Shown: positions 9,629 to 21,288 of the stretch, piece by piece | How the letters are laid out: each line of letters begins with the position of its first letter | How positions within the stretch are numbered: the stretch's first letter is position 1 | Assembly: GCF_964355755.1 (NCBI RefSeq) | Contig: NC_092673.1 | Span: 6,138,001 to 6,202,000, forward strand | DNA: 64,000 nt | Source: Antedon mediterranea | Lineage: Eukaryota > Animalia > Echinodermata | Reading direction: 5' to 3' | Program-made: the position numbers and the translations under genes | The notes under the pieces: model-generated | Seen by the model: only the letters and a program-made list of their open reading frames with translations | Databases searched by the model: none | Told to the model about the DNA's origin: nothing

Positions 9629-9968
9629 AGATGTATTGTCCCCCAAAAACATAAAAATGAAGATTAATTAAATCAGACTTTTAATAGGTTATTTTGTAGT
9701 TTTAATAAAGTTAATCACTTCCATAGAAAAAAAAATGAAAAAAATAATGTTTTCAATTATAAAACGACAAAATAAATGGTTAATTGAACTAAAAATCCAT
9801 TGGCTGGCAGCCAATTTGACAATTTTTCTTCTTTAAATTACAGTTTTTCAGGTAAATAATTTTTTTTGATTCAATTTTTGGTCAATGTGGATAACTATTA
9901 TGTGAAATTTAAATGGTTTATTAAAAAAAAAAATATTTAGGAATTTTTTTTAGGGGGACAATACATCT
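9629..9968. mobile_element. MITE, Kolobok-like
   Basis: TIR AGATGTATTGTCCCCC/GGGGGACAATACATCT, TTAA TSD; solo ends of the same family near 23665 and 27690. Confidence 0.8.
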
Positions 9969-10664
9969 TTAATATAGCAATGTAGATAAATATTGTTTGT
10001 TTTACTGTAAGCCTACAATTTAAATAGAAACATGTGTAGGTCCTTTCATGTTAAAGAGCTCTTTATTATTTGCTATTGCATTTTAGGTGCCAAATTGGTT
10101 TAAGTTTATTTGTGTTTATAATATGAATGTATATCCCATTTTAGACACACTTTGTGCCACTGATGCAAAAGTGCAGTACCAATAAATTCAATATTACAAT
10201 GATTTGTATATCAATTGTTTACAGAATACTTAAAATGGACTACAATGCATAAAAATCTCATCATTATACATAGGCCTACGTACAGTACTGCAAAAAACCG
10301 ATAATTTTAATCATATATTTGATAAATATTATTATTATTAATAATTTGTATAATCTCTTGTGGATAATGTTGAAAATGGTTGATTTGGGTCATTAAAAGA
10401 ACTTTTTAAAATTTCTATACAGGCTGTTTTTAATGTTTTATATTTTTTGTGTCGAGTTAGTAGAATATCCAGACTGCACATACATAATACAATAAATTCT
10501 TTGATCACTTAGCCAATTAAAACCAGTAAAGTATTTTAAATTAGGCCTATATTAATATTTTTATAATGGATTTTATTCTGAGCAATTTCAATATGAAATA
10601 ACAAAGATTGTACACTATTATTATGACAATCAAATACAGCACTTTCAGAAAATAATACTCAACG

Positions 10665-10755
10665 GGAAAGCCCCCAATCGAATGAAGAATACGCCAGTTA
10701 TGATGTATGGCGGTACAAATTATAGTACACTACGTCATAGTGCAGGGGAATTCCC
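10665..10755. promoter_or_regulatory. Two NF-kB consensus sites plus a CRE-like site, putative torsin B promoter
   Basis: GGGGCTTTCC (minus strand, 10665-10674), TACGTCA (10731-10737), GGGAATTCCC (10746-10755), followed by a GC-richer segment. Confidence 0.5.
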
Positions 10756-11248
10756 AAACCAAGCTGTATAGAGAGAGAGGGCGAGGACCTACGTACCCAG
10801 CTGTTGTATGCATACTGGTTGTATGGGAACCAGGAGGCGCGGCCAGGATCATTGATCACTTGCAGTTAGGATAGAGACTCTTAGAATAATTTATATTTTA
10901 AAACGTTAGTAGAGCAAAGTATGTATGCCTAGGCTATTAGGCTAAGTAAATACTATCACTAGGTCTATGACATTGATACACCGATAGTAGTTAGTAACGC
11001 GCTAGGCCTAGCTAGCTAGGCTAGTTAGGCCTACTAGCCTAGTAGTAGTAGGCTAGTACTAGATAGTAGTAGGCCTAGGCCCTAGCCTAGTAACTAGTAG
11101 CAGCCTAGTACTCTATCTATGCCTAGGACTACGTGAACGTAGGCTTGCTAGACCCGGAATGCCCGTCCTAGCCTACAATACATACAACTAGCTAGGCTAG
11201 TAGTATTAAATTAAAATGTACGCTTGTCTTTATTATTACACAGACAGT

Positions 11249-12071
11249 GGCCCTGTTTCTGTTGCCAACTAAATACCGTATATCATACGGTATTTTTTGA
11301 ATACCGTATATATACGGTATATTTTTGGCAGCAGAAACTGCGCTCATAAAAAATATACCGTATTTTGTATACCGTATTTTCCTCACAAAATTTGTGGATA
11401 AAATACGGTATTTACAAATTTATACTGTATTTTTTGTACCCGTTTCTGCTGCCAATAAAAAATACCGTATTTTTTTTTTACATGACAAAAGGTCACCATT
11501 CGTGTTTTTATTTTCTGTCGCTGTTAGCTGCTTTACACACATGTATAGATATATTCGGCGAAAATGTGGAGCGAATACGTCACAGTTTTACTAAATAAAT
11601 GTGTGTGGGGAAGCTAAAATGTCTGACCAACTAAAAGGTAATAAAAGGGACAACCACATTTATAAAGACATTTCTAAAAAAATAAAGCAGGAGTATGGAA
11701 TAAACTTGTCTCCAAAGCAAGTAAACTCAAAGCTGAAGAGCCCGCGAAAGCAGTACAACATTGCAAAATACAATAACTCGGGGAGGGAACGAATTAATTG
11801 TCCCCATTACGATGTTTTCTGTGCTCTCACAACATCTCTATCACTAGGGCTAGGCTGTTGAAAGTGAGACGTAAAACTTCCTTTATTGCGACTTTTAATT
11901 ATCGATCAAATAAATGAATGGCAATTTGGGTAAAAAAGATGAAATTTAACACGACCACCCAAGAAGTATTGTTAGCAGAAACGGGGTACTAAAAAATACG
12001 GTATAAAAAATACCGTATTTTATACCGTATTTTTATACCGTATTTTGAGCAGTTGCAGCAGAAACAGGCCC
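11249..12071 (+). mobile_element. Non-autonomous PIF/Harbinger element with Myb/SANT remnant
   Basis: TIR GG(C/G)CCTGTTTCTG, 3-bp TSD AGT; internal ORF 11601-11861 resembles a Myb/SANT-like DNA-binding domain (IYKDISKKI...QVNSKLK...SGR...CPHYD). Confidence 0.85.
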
Positions 12072-12801
12072 AGTGGCTACATGATGTACACCTCAGCCTC
12101 AGGCGTACATTTAAGACATATACAGATAGTGCCTATCTTGCCATCTATACTACCTACTAGGCTAGGCCTACACCTTATTATTATATTATTGAGAAGTGTA
12201 ATAATATAATACAAATAATGAATGTTTATGAGTTGGATGTACAGTAATAATGGTGAGAATATTTCATGAGTTGAAAGATTGACTGCTGACAGAGCCGAGG
12301 TGAAAATAGAGCGAATGAAATATGCTCTCCAAAACATTCATTATTTGTTTTATAACAAACCTACTTTCATTCTATTTATTAATTGTAAATCATTGACAAA
12401 TATTCTAGGCCAGGAAGCTAGACCAATGAAAAAGGCAGTGCTCCAACTTTGAATGCGGAGTAAATAATTATATAGATGATGTGAACATGTTCAGCTTTTG
12501 TAAACAATTTGAGAATTTTTAAATATCACTTTTTCATTCGGTATGGCTAATTCTAAATGACACATGATGCATATTAACCAATCAAATTGCAAGAATATAA
12601 TCAGGTGTGTGTTAATAAAAAGTAATAAATTACATGCATGTTTGAATGATTGAGCCCCTTCCATCCTCCTACCAATCATACCATAACATCATGTAGGCCT
12701 TGTCTTAGTTTGTCTTGATGTTCACCTCTTTAGAAAATTGCTTGTTTTACTTTCTCTAAATACTGTGTAAGGAGCTTATGTTTTTATATTTGTTTTAGAA
12801 A

Positions 12802-15746
12802 ATGAAACTGCAAATAGGGTGGCCAGTGGTGATGTTTATTATATTGTCCACCAGTATAACCACTACCATTGGAAAAGATTATGCCAAGGATTGGAAATTT
12901 TTTAGCCCTAGTACATGGAGTTTTTTTGGGAAACGTGAAGTTTGTACGCATAAGTTCATAAACCCAAATTTTACAAGTAAGAAGTAAAATTTAAATGTCA
13001 TTGTTTATAGTGAGAATTTTATTCAAAGATACTAAAACTCAAAACTCAAAGTAACTCTTGAAATAAAGCATTGTCCAGACAGTTTATCATGTGAAATACA
13101 AAAATATTCATAACAAAAACCTATATTACAGTACCTCTACCTGCCCACGGCCTTTTAACCCCACAGCCTCTTAACCCCACGGCCTCTTAACCCCACGGCC
13201 TCTTAACCCCACGGCCTCTTAACCCAACACCCTCTTAACCACACGCCCTCTTAACCCAGCCCCTCTTAACCCCACGCCCTCTTAACCGCACGCCCTCTTA
13301 ACCTCATGCCCTCTTAACCCACCCTCTCTCTCTCAAATGCATGTACTGTATGTACAATGATGATAACTTAATGATATTTTGATATTTAAACATGACATTT
13401 TTTTCCAGAATTAAATAGAGATTTACATGAACGTGTGTATGGACAGCACCTAATAAATGATGTAGTAGTAAAAGCAATCCAGGCTCACGTTGAAAGCAAT
13501 GTCTTTAAAAAGGCCCTCGTTCTGTCCTTTCACGGTCGCACAGGAAGTGGCAAGAACTTTGTCAGTCAAATAATAAGTGAAAGTTTATTTACAAAAGGAA
13601 TGGATAGCAAATTTGTACATTTGTTTATACCAGAACTACATTTCCCACACAAAGAACTAATTAGAACTTACAAGGTGAAGTACTAGTAGATTATTAAGGG
13701 CCTGTTCAGACCTACAGAGTTATGCTTTCGTATGGTATGCGGCGTACAACTCCATAGGTCTGAAAGATTAGTGGAAGCCACCTCTTACGACACTAATCTT
13801 TCATTCGTTATGACACCTCAATGTACAAGATTAATGAACGACGCTTAGGATACGAAAATCACGATTTTGACCTCCAGCCGATCAGATTTACTCCTGCATA
13901 CCAGATGTTCGCCCAAATCAGTGACACTTCAGTTTCTAACGAAAGCGTTAGTTAAGGAAGTCTGTTACGACACTAATTATAATATGACATTGCTTGCGAT
14001 ACAAAAGCATAACTCCATGGATCTGAACACACGCTTAGATATACATATGCTGATACAAAGTTTGTGGTACACCATGTTGTATGTAGTTCTGAAAAGTGTT
14101 TCGTTCAAAATGCTTCGATTGTCCTCAGAAGTGGTAACATCGAAAAACTCAACAGTCCCTTGCAGAAAGAAATATCTGGTGTACTACTTCATATAAACAT
14201 TTGCAAATACTGGCGTTTGTGTCCTATATTTATCTGTCATATGACTGTAAAAACATGTAAATACCACCTTAAGGGTCCAATAAAACAATAGAAATTGTTA
14301 CGTAGAGTATACTGCTTATGTGATAGGCCTACACTTAACTGCACATCATTGCAATTCACACTGTCAGACAAAAAGATGGCCATTGTTCACACAAAATACC
14401 GGTATTGGGTTGCAGTGAATATTCCATAATATTACTAGGTTGCCAGGTAGTTTTAGATAGAGAAACATTTGACATGGTGGTGGAGTGCTGTAGCCACCAG
14501 CACGATCGGTAAGGTTTAACCCAACAGTTGACAACCCCATGGCCCATCCACAGGGGTTTGTGCACCTCCTTAATTCTTGTGGCTACAGCACTGTACAGTA
14601 TATTAGTATTGTACAGTATTTTAGTACTGTACAGTATATTAGCAAAACTCTGCATTCAGAAAAGGGGATTTAGACAAAGAAATTACTATTATGGTACTCA
14701 TACAGTATGTGTATCCAAAGCAAGAAAAATCTCATGTTCTTTCATGGTATAGTATGATCTTAATAATTATTTCTACTGTTTATTTTTTAGGATCAGTTAC
14801 AAAACTGGATTCGAGGCAATATTTCCTCCTGCCCATATCAACTCTTTATTTTTGATGAAATGCAGAGTTTATTACCAGAATTAATCGACGTTATCAAGCC
14901 TTTTATAGATTATCATAATCATAAAATTGATGGTGTTGACTATAGAAGAGCTATCTACATTTTTCTAAGGTAAGGTAATATATACAGTAACAGTGGCTAC
15001 TGGCAAGAAATAAATGAATAACTTACCGCCATTTTCATGACCGTTGTGAAGAAACCCAATTAATTTTTGCAATTTTTACCTGCAACTCAAGATAATTTGT
15101 TTTGCAATTATGTAAATTACAGAAACACACTTATAGACAGACTAACAAAATATAAAAATAAATACCACACAAAATTTGAATATAGTTCAGTATAGCAAAC
15201 TCTCACGATCCAAAACGCCCTTGATTGGCCCTAGAAATTCTAATTTTTCAATAGTATAATTGATGATTTTTTGGAACGCAAGAAACCCTTGTTTTAAGCG
15301 AGTTTCCAATTTTCAGAGAGTCTGGTTTAAAGAGTAGTAACTGTAATAATCTTTATTATTCTCTGACTAGTTCTACTTCAGGTCAAGAAATTGCAGACGT
15401 GGCATTAAGAACGTTCAAAGATGGACGCAAACGAGAATCTATGACCTTAAAAGATTATGAAGGCGTTATTCGATCGTCGTCTTACAGTCAACAGGGCACA
15501 GGGCTGTGGCACAGCAAGCTGATAGATCACCATCTGATAAGTCATTTCGTACCATTTTTACCCCTGGAGAGGGAGCATGTACGCAAGTGTATACAACAAG
15601 AAATGCGGGACCAGGGTTGGCCTCAATGTACAGAGACAGAGAATGAGGTGTTGAACTATTTGAGCTTTGGCCCAGTAAATTATGAACTATATGCTGCTAA
15701 AGGTTGCAAGAATATACACGAGAAAATTTACCTCGTTAAATGGTGA
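12802..15746 (+). CDS. Torsin-family AAA+ ATPase, paralog B (331 aa); coding exons 12802-12976, 13409-13674, 14791-14969, 15371-15746
   Basis: Signal peptide MKLQIGWPVVMFIILSTSITTTIG, Walker A GRTGSGKN, Walker B FIFDEM, KGCK. Exons sum to 996 nt with GT-AG junctions. Confidence 0.94.
13144..13322. repeat. About 16-bp C-rich minisatellite (CCCACGGCCTCTTAAC)n, about 11 copies
   Basis: Tandem units visible directly. Confidence 0.92.
13698..14034. mobile_element. Harbinger-like MITE
   Basis: Imperfect TIR TGTTCAGA.C.A..GAGTTATGCTTT.GTAT / ATACAAAAGCATAACTCCATGGATCTGAACA; TAA/TTA flanks. Confidence 0.65.
14483..14593. mobile_element. Short MITE (hAT-like)
   Basis: Inverted repeat AGTGCTGTAGCCAC / GTGGCTACAGCACT. 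Confidence 0.5.
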
Positions 15747-16144
15747 AAAGACATTTTAATTTCAGTAAATATTTATAAGTTTGAACATGGAGAACCGGAT
15801 GCTTCCAAAGATCTTTTCTGGAAAGAGCTTTTTAATTTATTTATTTTATAAATTTGTCAGCCCTTTTCAAAATAACAATTTTTGTGTAAAAATATATAGA
15901 ATGTGAAATTGTTAACTACAGTTCACAGCTGCTGCTAGGCCTTCTCCCTCCTGCAGTATTTTCTTTACTGTTAAATAAGAAGTAGAAAGATACAGTACAT
16001 GACATGTTTTAGAAAGGGTCTAATGTGTCCTATCAAATTGACTAAATTTCAGACATGTTGCTATTGAAAATATACGTCTAAATTAAAAGCATGTTCACCA
16101 GAGGCCTACTGTATATATATATAAATATATAGTTCATATATATT

Positions 16145-16310
16145 CACTGATGAAGGGCTAGTGTTGCCCGAAAGCTCTGCTAACTTTTCTGGCTGTTTTA
16201 GTTATCGTTTTGATTTAGCTTTTCGTTTTTTTTTTTTGTATCTCCATTGAGATCCAGCCACTGATACCCATCAGCATTGTCATTTTTTTTCAGTATTTTG
16301 CCTTTGGATT
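16145..16310 (+). mobile_element. Penelope-like pLTR remnant with minimal hammerhead ribozyme, embedded in (TA)n
   Basis: CTGATGA(16147)-A-GGGC-loop-GCCC-GAAA-GCTC core followed by a T-rich tail; TA repeats on both sides. Confidence 0.7.
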
Positions 16311-18987
16311 TATATAAATATATATATGCATAGTCTATAGTAGATTCTACTTTTTGATTTTGGATCAAATTTGTGAAAATGTTACTTAAAAAAGATTTGC
16401 TGTATTACTGAAACAAATAATTTTACTGGGCACGATCTGGAAAAGGTACTATCCTAGAAGAAATAAATGTCTAAAAACGGGTAAATAAACATATTTTAGC
16501 AAATTTAGTGTGTTAAAGGAAATATCTTTAAACTTTTAAATGAAGCATATACTAATTAGCATTTAATGTGTTTCACTGCTACAGCAGTTTATTTTATACA
16601 CCAAATGTCTAAAAATAAAAGCTGTCAGTTATCAATACACTTCATCTTCTTTAGACATTTATTCCTGTCATTTATTAAAACTTTCTTGTTATCTTTCTTT
16701 AGAGAGCTTTGCGGGTGCATTATCTGCAAGATGTACCGATTTAGTCTCTTCATTTTATCTTTCAGCTCCATTTTAGTATGGGTTTACCATCCTATAAATT
16801 TCTTCCATCAGTATTTCAATATTTTTAATTTCTTTTTTATACAACCAACAGTATTTTAAAAGATCAATTTTTTTGTTGTAATGTCAATGAGGCAAAATCA
16901 ATTGGTTTGCTCAGGAAAAAAAAAAAAATCAGGAAAATCATACATTAGATTTGAGGCAGTCATGAAATTATATGTTGTAAATAATCATTTGACAATAACA
17001 GTTGAAACTGAACAAAACCACACAAAAACTAGAGATATAGTTCAATAGTTGTAAACAAGTATTAATTTAACTTACGTGTCAAAACAGCTTTGTCCAGCAT
17101 TTGATGTGTGTTGTTATGCCGATTAGACTCATTTCCATCCACTGAATGTTTTTGGTGTGTAGTCTAGGAAACCAGTCGTCAGAAGTTGATCGTAAATATG
17201 TAATAGTTTTACTGGTTTACAATTAATAAACTATATCACAATACTAATCAAAACCAGAGGAAAATGTTTTCTCTAAAAAAATCTTTATTTTCATCTTTTT
17301 CTACTAGTTAAAAATGTACTTTACTGTAAAAAAAATTAAATATTCACAATATGTTTATTATGTTGTAAACAATAAAATTGTAATTTATTTAGCTGGAGTT
17401 TGATTAACATTTTTATCATTTTGTGAGAACTGTATACAACAACTGATAACAATCTTTGATTTCAATTTTTAAAAATAATAAAATTCTAGAAATCAAACAT
17501 AAAATATACTTTTTTTAGACAAGCATACAGATGCATTCGTATGCATTGGGATAATTAACCAAGTTCACCAAACTGAGACCACTTACCGACATTGTTGGAA
17601 TGGTATTCCTTCTACAATTACACCGACATGATTCATAATTTGAAATAAATGTCGCAAAATATAATATTACATAGGCCCTATATATAATGTACATGAATTA
17701 AAATTAATTTACAGTATTAATTAGCCCCATTTTGTTTCCCATCAATCAATCATTGCATGCATATCACCAACTGGACAACAGTATAATTTGTAGGATAGAA
17801 ATACCCAATAAACTTTCCCGGTATCCAGTCCAGTGATAACAAACATGCAGTATCGCATCTTCTAATGGCAACCTCTGTATACTGTAGTATAATTGTGATA
17901 GATTATTTACAGGGTTGTTTAGTTAATATTTAAGAGTTAGATACTATGTCAAGGATCTGTTACTGTCGGCGGACGTGATACTGTAGGATGTCGCTAGACT
18001 TGATAGCATATGGTACAATCTGCTGTTGTACTGATTTAGTTTATCATCAAATAAACAATTTTGAACTAAACATAAGTTTAAACTTAAATCGTATACTGTA
18101 TTAGACAATGAATGAATAAATTGATTACAATAAATGTATATCCATCATTTACACTCGCTCCATGAAATTAAAAAAATAAATATATTAAAATGTAGTACTA
18201 CGAATAAATAATATTGTATATTATATTAAAACCAAATACCTATTTATACAAATGGCAAGTTTAAAAAAAACAAGTAAACTAACTTCAAAAAATTCTTATA
18301 TAACTTAATTTGTAGCATTTTGAACCCTCCAGAATAGACAAAAATCTATTTGCAACTAGACAAAATTGAATTTGGCATATATGGTTCACATCTCTATAAC
18401 TCCACATTTTGCTGTGTATTTCTGTAGCAAATAAAAGCCAATCAAATTACATTATTATAGTTATCTGAACAAATGTTTAAATAAGACAATTATTGTACAT
18501 ATATTATTATGAATAAACTTGCATTTGATATGACATGATTACAAATTATAGTACATTTCTGGCACTATTTGTGGTATATGAATATCAAATATTATGGTAA
18601 AGAAATACAAATTGTTTACAATTTTTTTTTTTTCAAGAACTAAATTATAAAATTGTTTACCTGCCAAATGGCCAAATTCCTGGTATAATAATAGTAAAAA
18701 AGAAAAATGGAAAAATGTTATCCATTATGGAACTCTCATTGGATTAAATAACATAAACAAAAGAAAGTAATGAATACCCAACAACATGAACAAAAGAATG
18801 AGCACATTTGTATATAGTAGCACTAAATAGTAATAATAGATCCCTGTGAAATTTATATATTAAAGACTTTACTGTCTCTTGCTTGTGTTTCAATGCAGCG
18901 TGTATTTGATGCAAGTGACCATCAACATGGTCGTACCAGTGTGCCATTATTATTTTCTATCAGCAATGTTGACTGTATTTGAATATA

Positions 18988-19237
18988 AAGTTTTCTATCG
19001 TTGACTACGCACATAGTTCTCTGTGCTGATAAACAAAAGAATAAAGTGCACGGTTGATCTTTGCGATAAAAATAATGCATTGGACGGCCGGTTGAGCGTG
19101 CTGATAGGAAACAATTAAGATGAAGCACGATTGACCGTGTAGATAGCTTCCACACCTATTGACTAAACAGCATGGTCAAATGTGGCGATAGAAAAACACA
19201 AGTTACATGAACGGTCAACCATGCCTATAGAAAACTT
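18988..19237. mobile_element. MITE with TA TSD
   Basis: TIR AAGTTTTCTAT/ATAGAAAACTT; internal GCACGGTTGA/CGGTCAA repeats. Confidence 0.6.
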
Positions 19238-21288
19238 TAAATGCTGATAGCCTCATTCATATTTGATAATCTAATTATAATATTCATATTTCATTCTAAT
19301 GTATTCAAAATAAACTAAAATTAAACAGGTGCTTTCAAAATAAACATTCTGAACATAATTGGTGGTTTAGGAATGGTGGTTTAGTTAAAATACTAAAAAA
19401 TAGACTATTATTGCAATATAAAATTTAGTACATTTCCAAATAAATAAGTAAATATGAACTGAAATGTAAAAATTACACAAAACTTTACAATTGTAAAATG
19501 ATACAAGTTTATCTCAGAAAAAACTTTTCCCATATAATTTGGGTAAATACAGATCCTCAAAATAATTTTTTTTATTGTAGCATATTCAATGTAATTATAC
19601 CCAACTTTCTAATGTTAAAAATATGCAATTAAAACAAATAATATTTAACTAAAATAAAGTTTATTCTTGTTTGTTTCTTAAGCTTCGTCTACACTATCAC
19701 ACTAAATTGACAAATAAAGTATGATGTGCCCAAATATGGTAGTGACATGACTTCATCGTGTCCATATTGATAGTATAGTCCTATAACTCATTGTTTTGTG
19801 TTGTGCATGAATATCTTTGAACATGTGTATATATATGATGGGACATTACAGTTCAGTATGTGTGTTCAGTGGCAGTTACATGATAAATTGAAGGGAGTTG
19901 CCCACAAATTACTAGCCAATGGCTGAAGCTCTTATCCTCACAAAGATGAGAGGGTGGAAATAACGAGTAACAAAATCTGTGGTTTTTACAAGCAAACATG
20001 GCCCTTATTGTAGTTTTGTACCCATCTTGTATTTTGACTAGATATCACACCATAGAATTAGGCTTCAAAAAGCACTTTATGAAGGACAATCACATAGAAA
20101 GTACCAAAAAATCCTTTAAATTGATGACTTTACAAAAATGTTTCTCGCACTGTTCGCATACTTCATGTTAAGTGGCCGAATGCATTTTTGTGTCTATACG
20201 GAGCATTTCTAGGATTATGCTTAATGAATATTTTTTGTACATACTTAAGTATTTAATTAAGATCGTAAAATATATTTTTGGAAGATTGCCAGAACGTAAG
20301 CAAATCATTAAAATGGCACCGTTAAATTACCACAATACTGCGGATTAAATTTAATCATTACAATGAGGTCACATGATCTTTGTATTGTGCGTCATTCAAC
20401 TTTATGATATTTCTAATTGAATACTTGATGAATTGTGTTGTTATTATTAGTTGTTATGTTTTATGATACATACAAGGATTTTTGGACAATTATGTTACAC
20501 CATCTACAGTTTGTATCTATTTACTTATGATATTTATGGTGACTCTAAATTTTTCCTATAATTATTAAACATAATTACGCCACATAATAGAAACTACTTG
20601 TACACCATTTAAAAAGTTATCTATAATCTACTATACATAATTTGTTCCTAATACAGAATTATTAAAAACTTGCGTTAAAATTTTAAAATAAAAATAGATT
20701 GTGTAAGATGTTTCTTTCCATTTTCCTAATTTGAATTTGTTTTATGTTCCAACTGTTGACGATAATTAATGAGTGTCGTCTGCTCTCTTGACAGAAGCAG
20801 ACGATACTCATACTTTGACGTCATACTGTTGTGGCTTGAAAGTTACTATATTTGTCAATCGTCAACAAATGACTATTCAAGAATTCTAATTTATATTTCA
20901 CTTTATCTAGGCCTTCTATTTTGCGCATCAACTTCACTATATCAAAGCCTGTAACTTCACAGTATTAAGGCTTTTAACGTCACTTTACCAAGGCCTTCTA
21001 TTTTGTGCATCTACTGTAGGCTTGTGACTTTATCATCTGTTTAGAGGCCTTCTATTTTGTGCATCTAGGCATTTAAGTTTATCGTATCAAGGCCTTCAAC
21101 ATCATCATCGAAGCCTTGCTATTTTTCTATAGCATGTTGCTGCATCTGGTATTTCTAAAACGTTGAATCTAGGCCTTGTATTTTGCTTGAACTAGGTTTC
21201 TATTCCGCTTTGACTTTTATCAATTCTAGAGTTAACGCCATAAATTATTTATCAAACGAAAAATCTATATAAACTATGTTAAATAGTA

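Noticed and set aside
13144-13322. Interstitial telomeric repeat
   Set aside because: TAACCC occurs only as part of a 16-bp unit, not as tandem hexamers.
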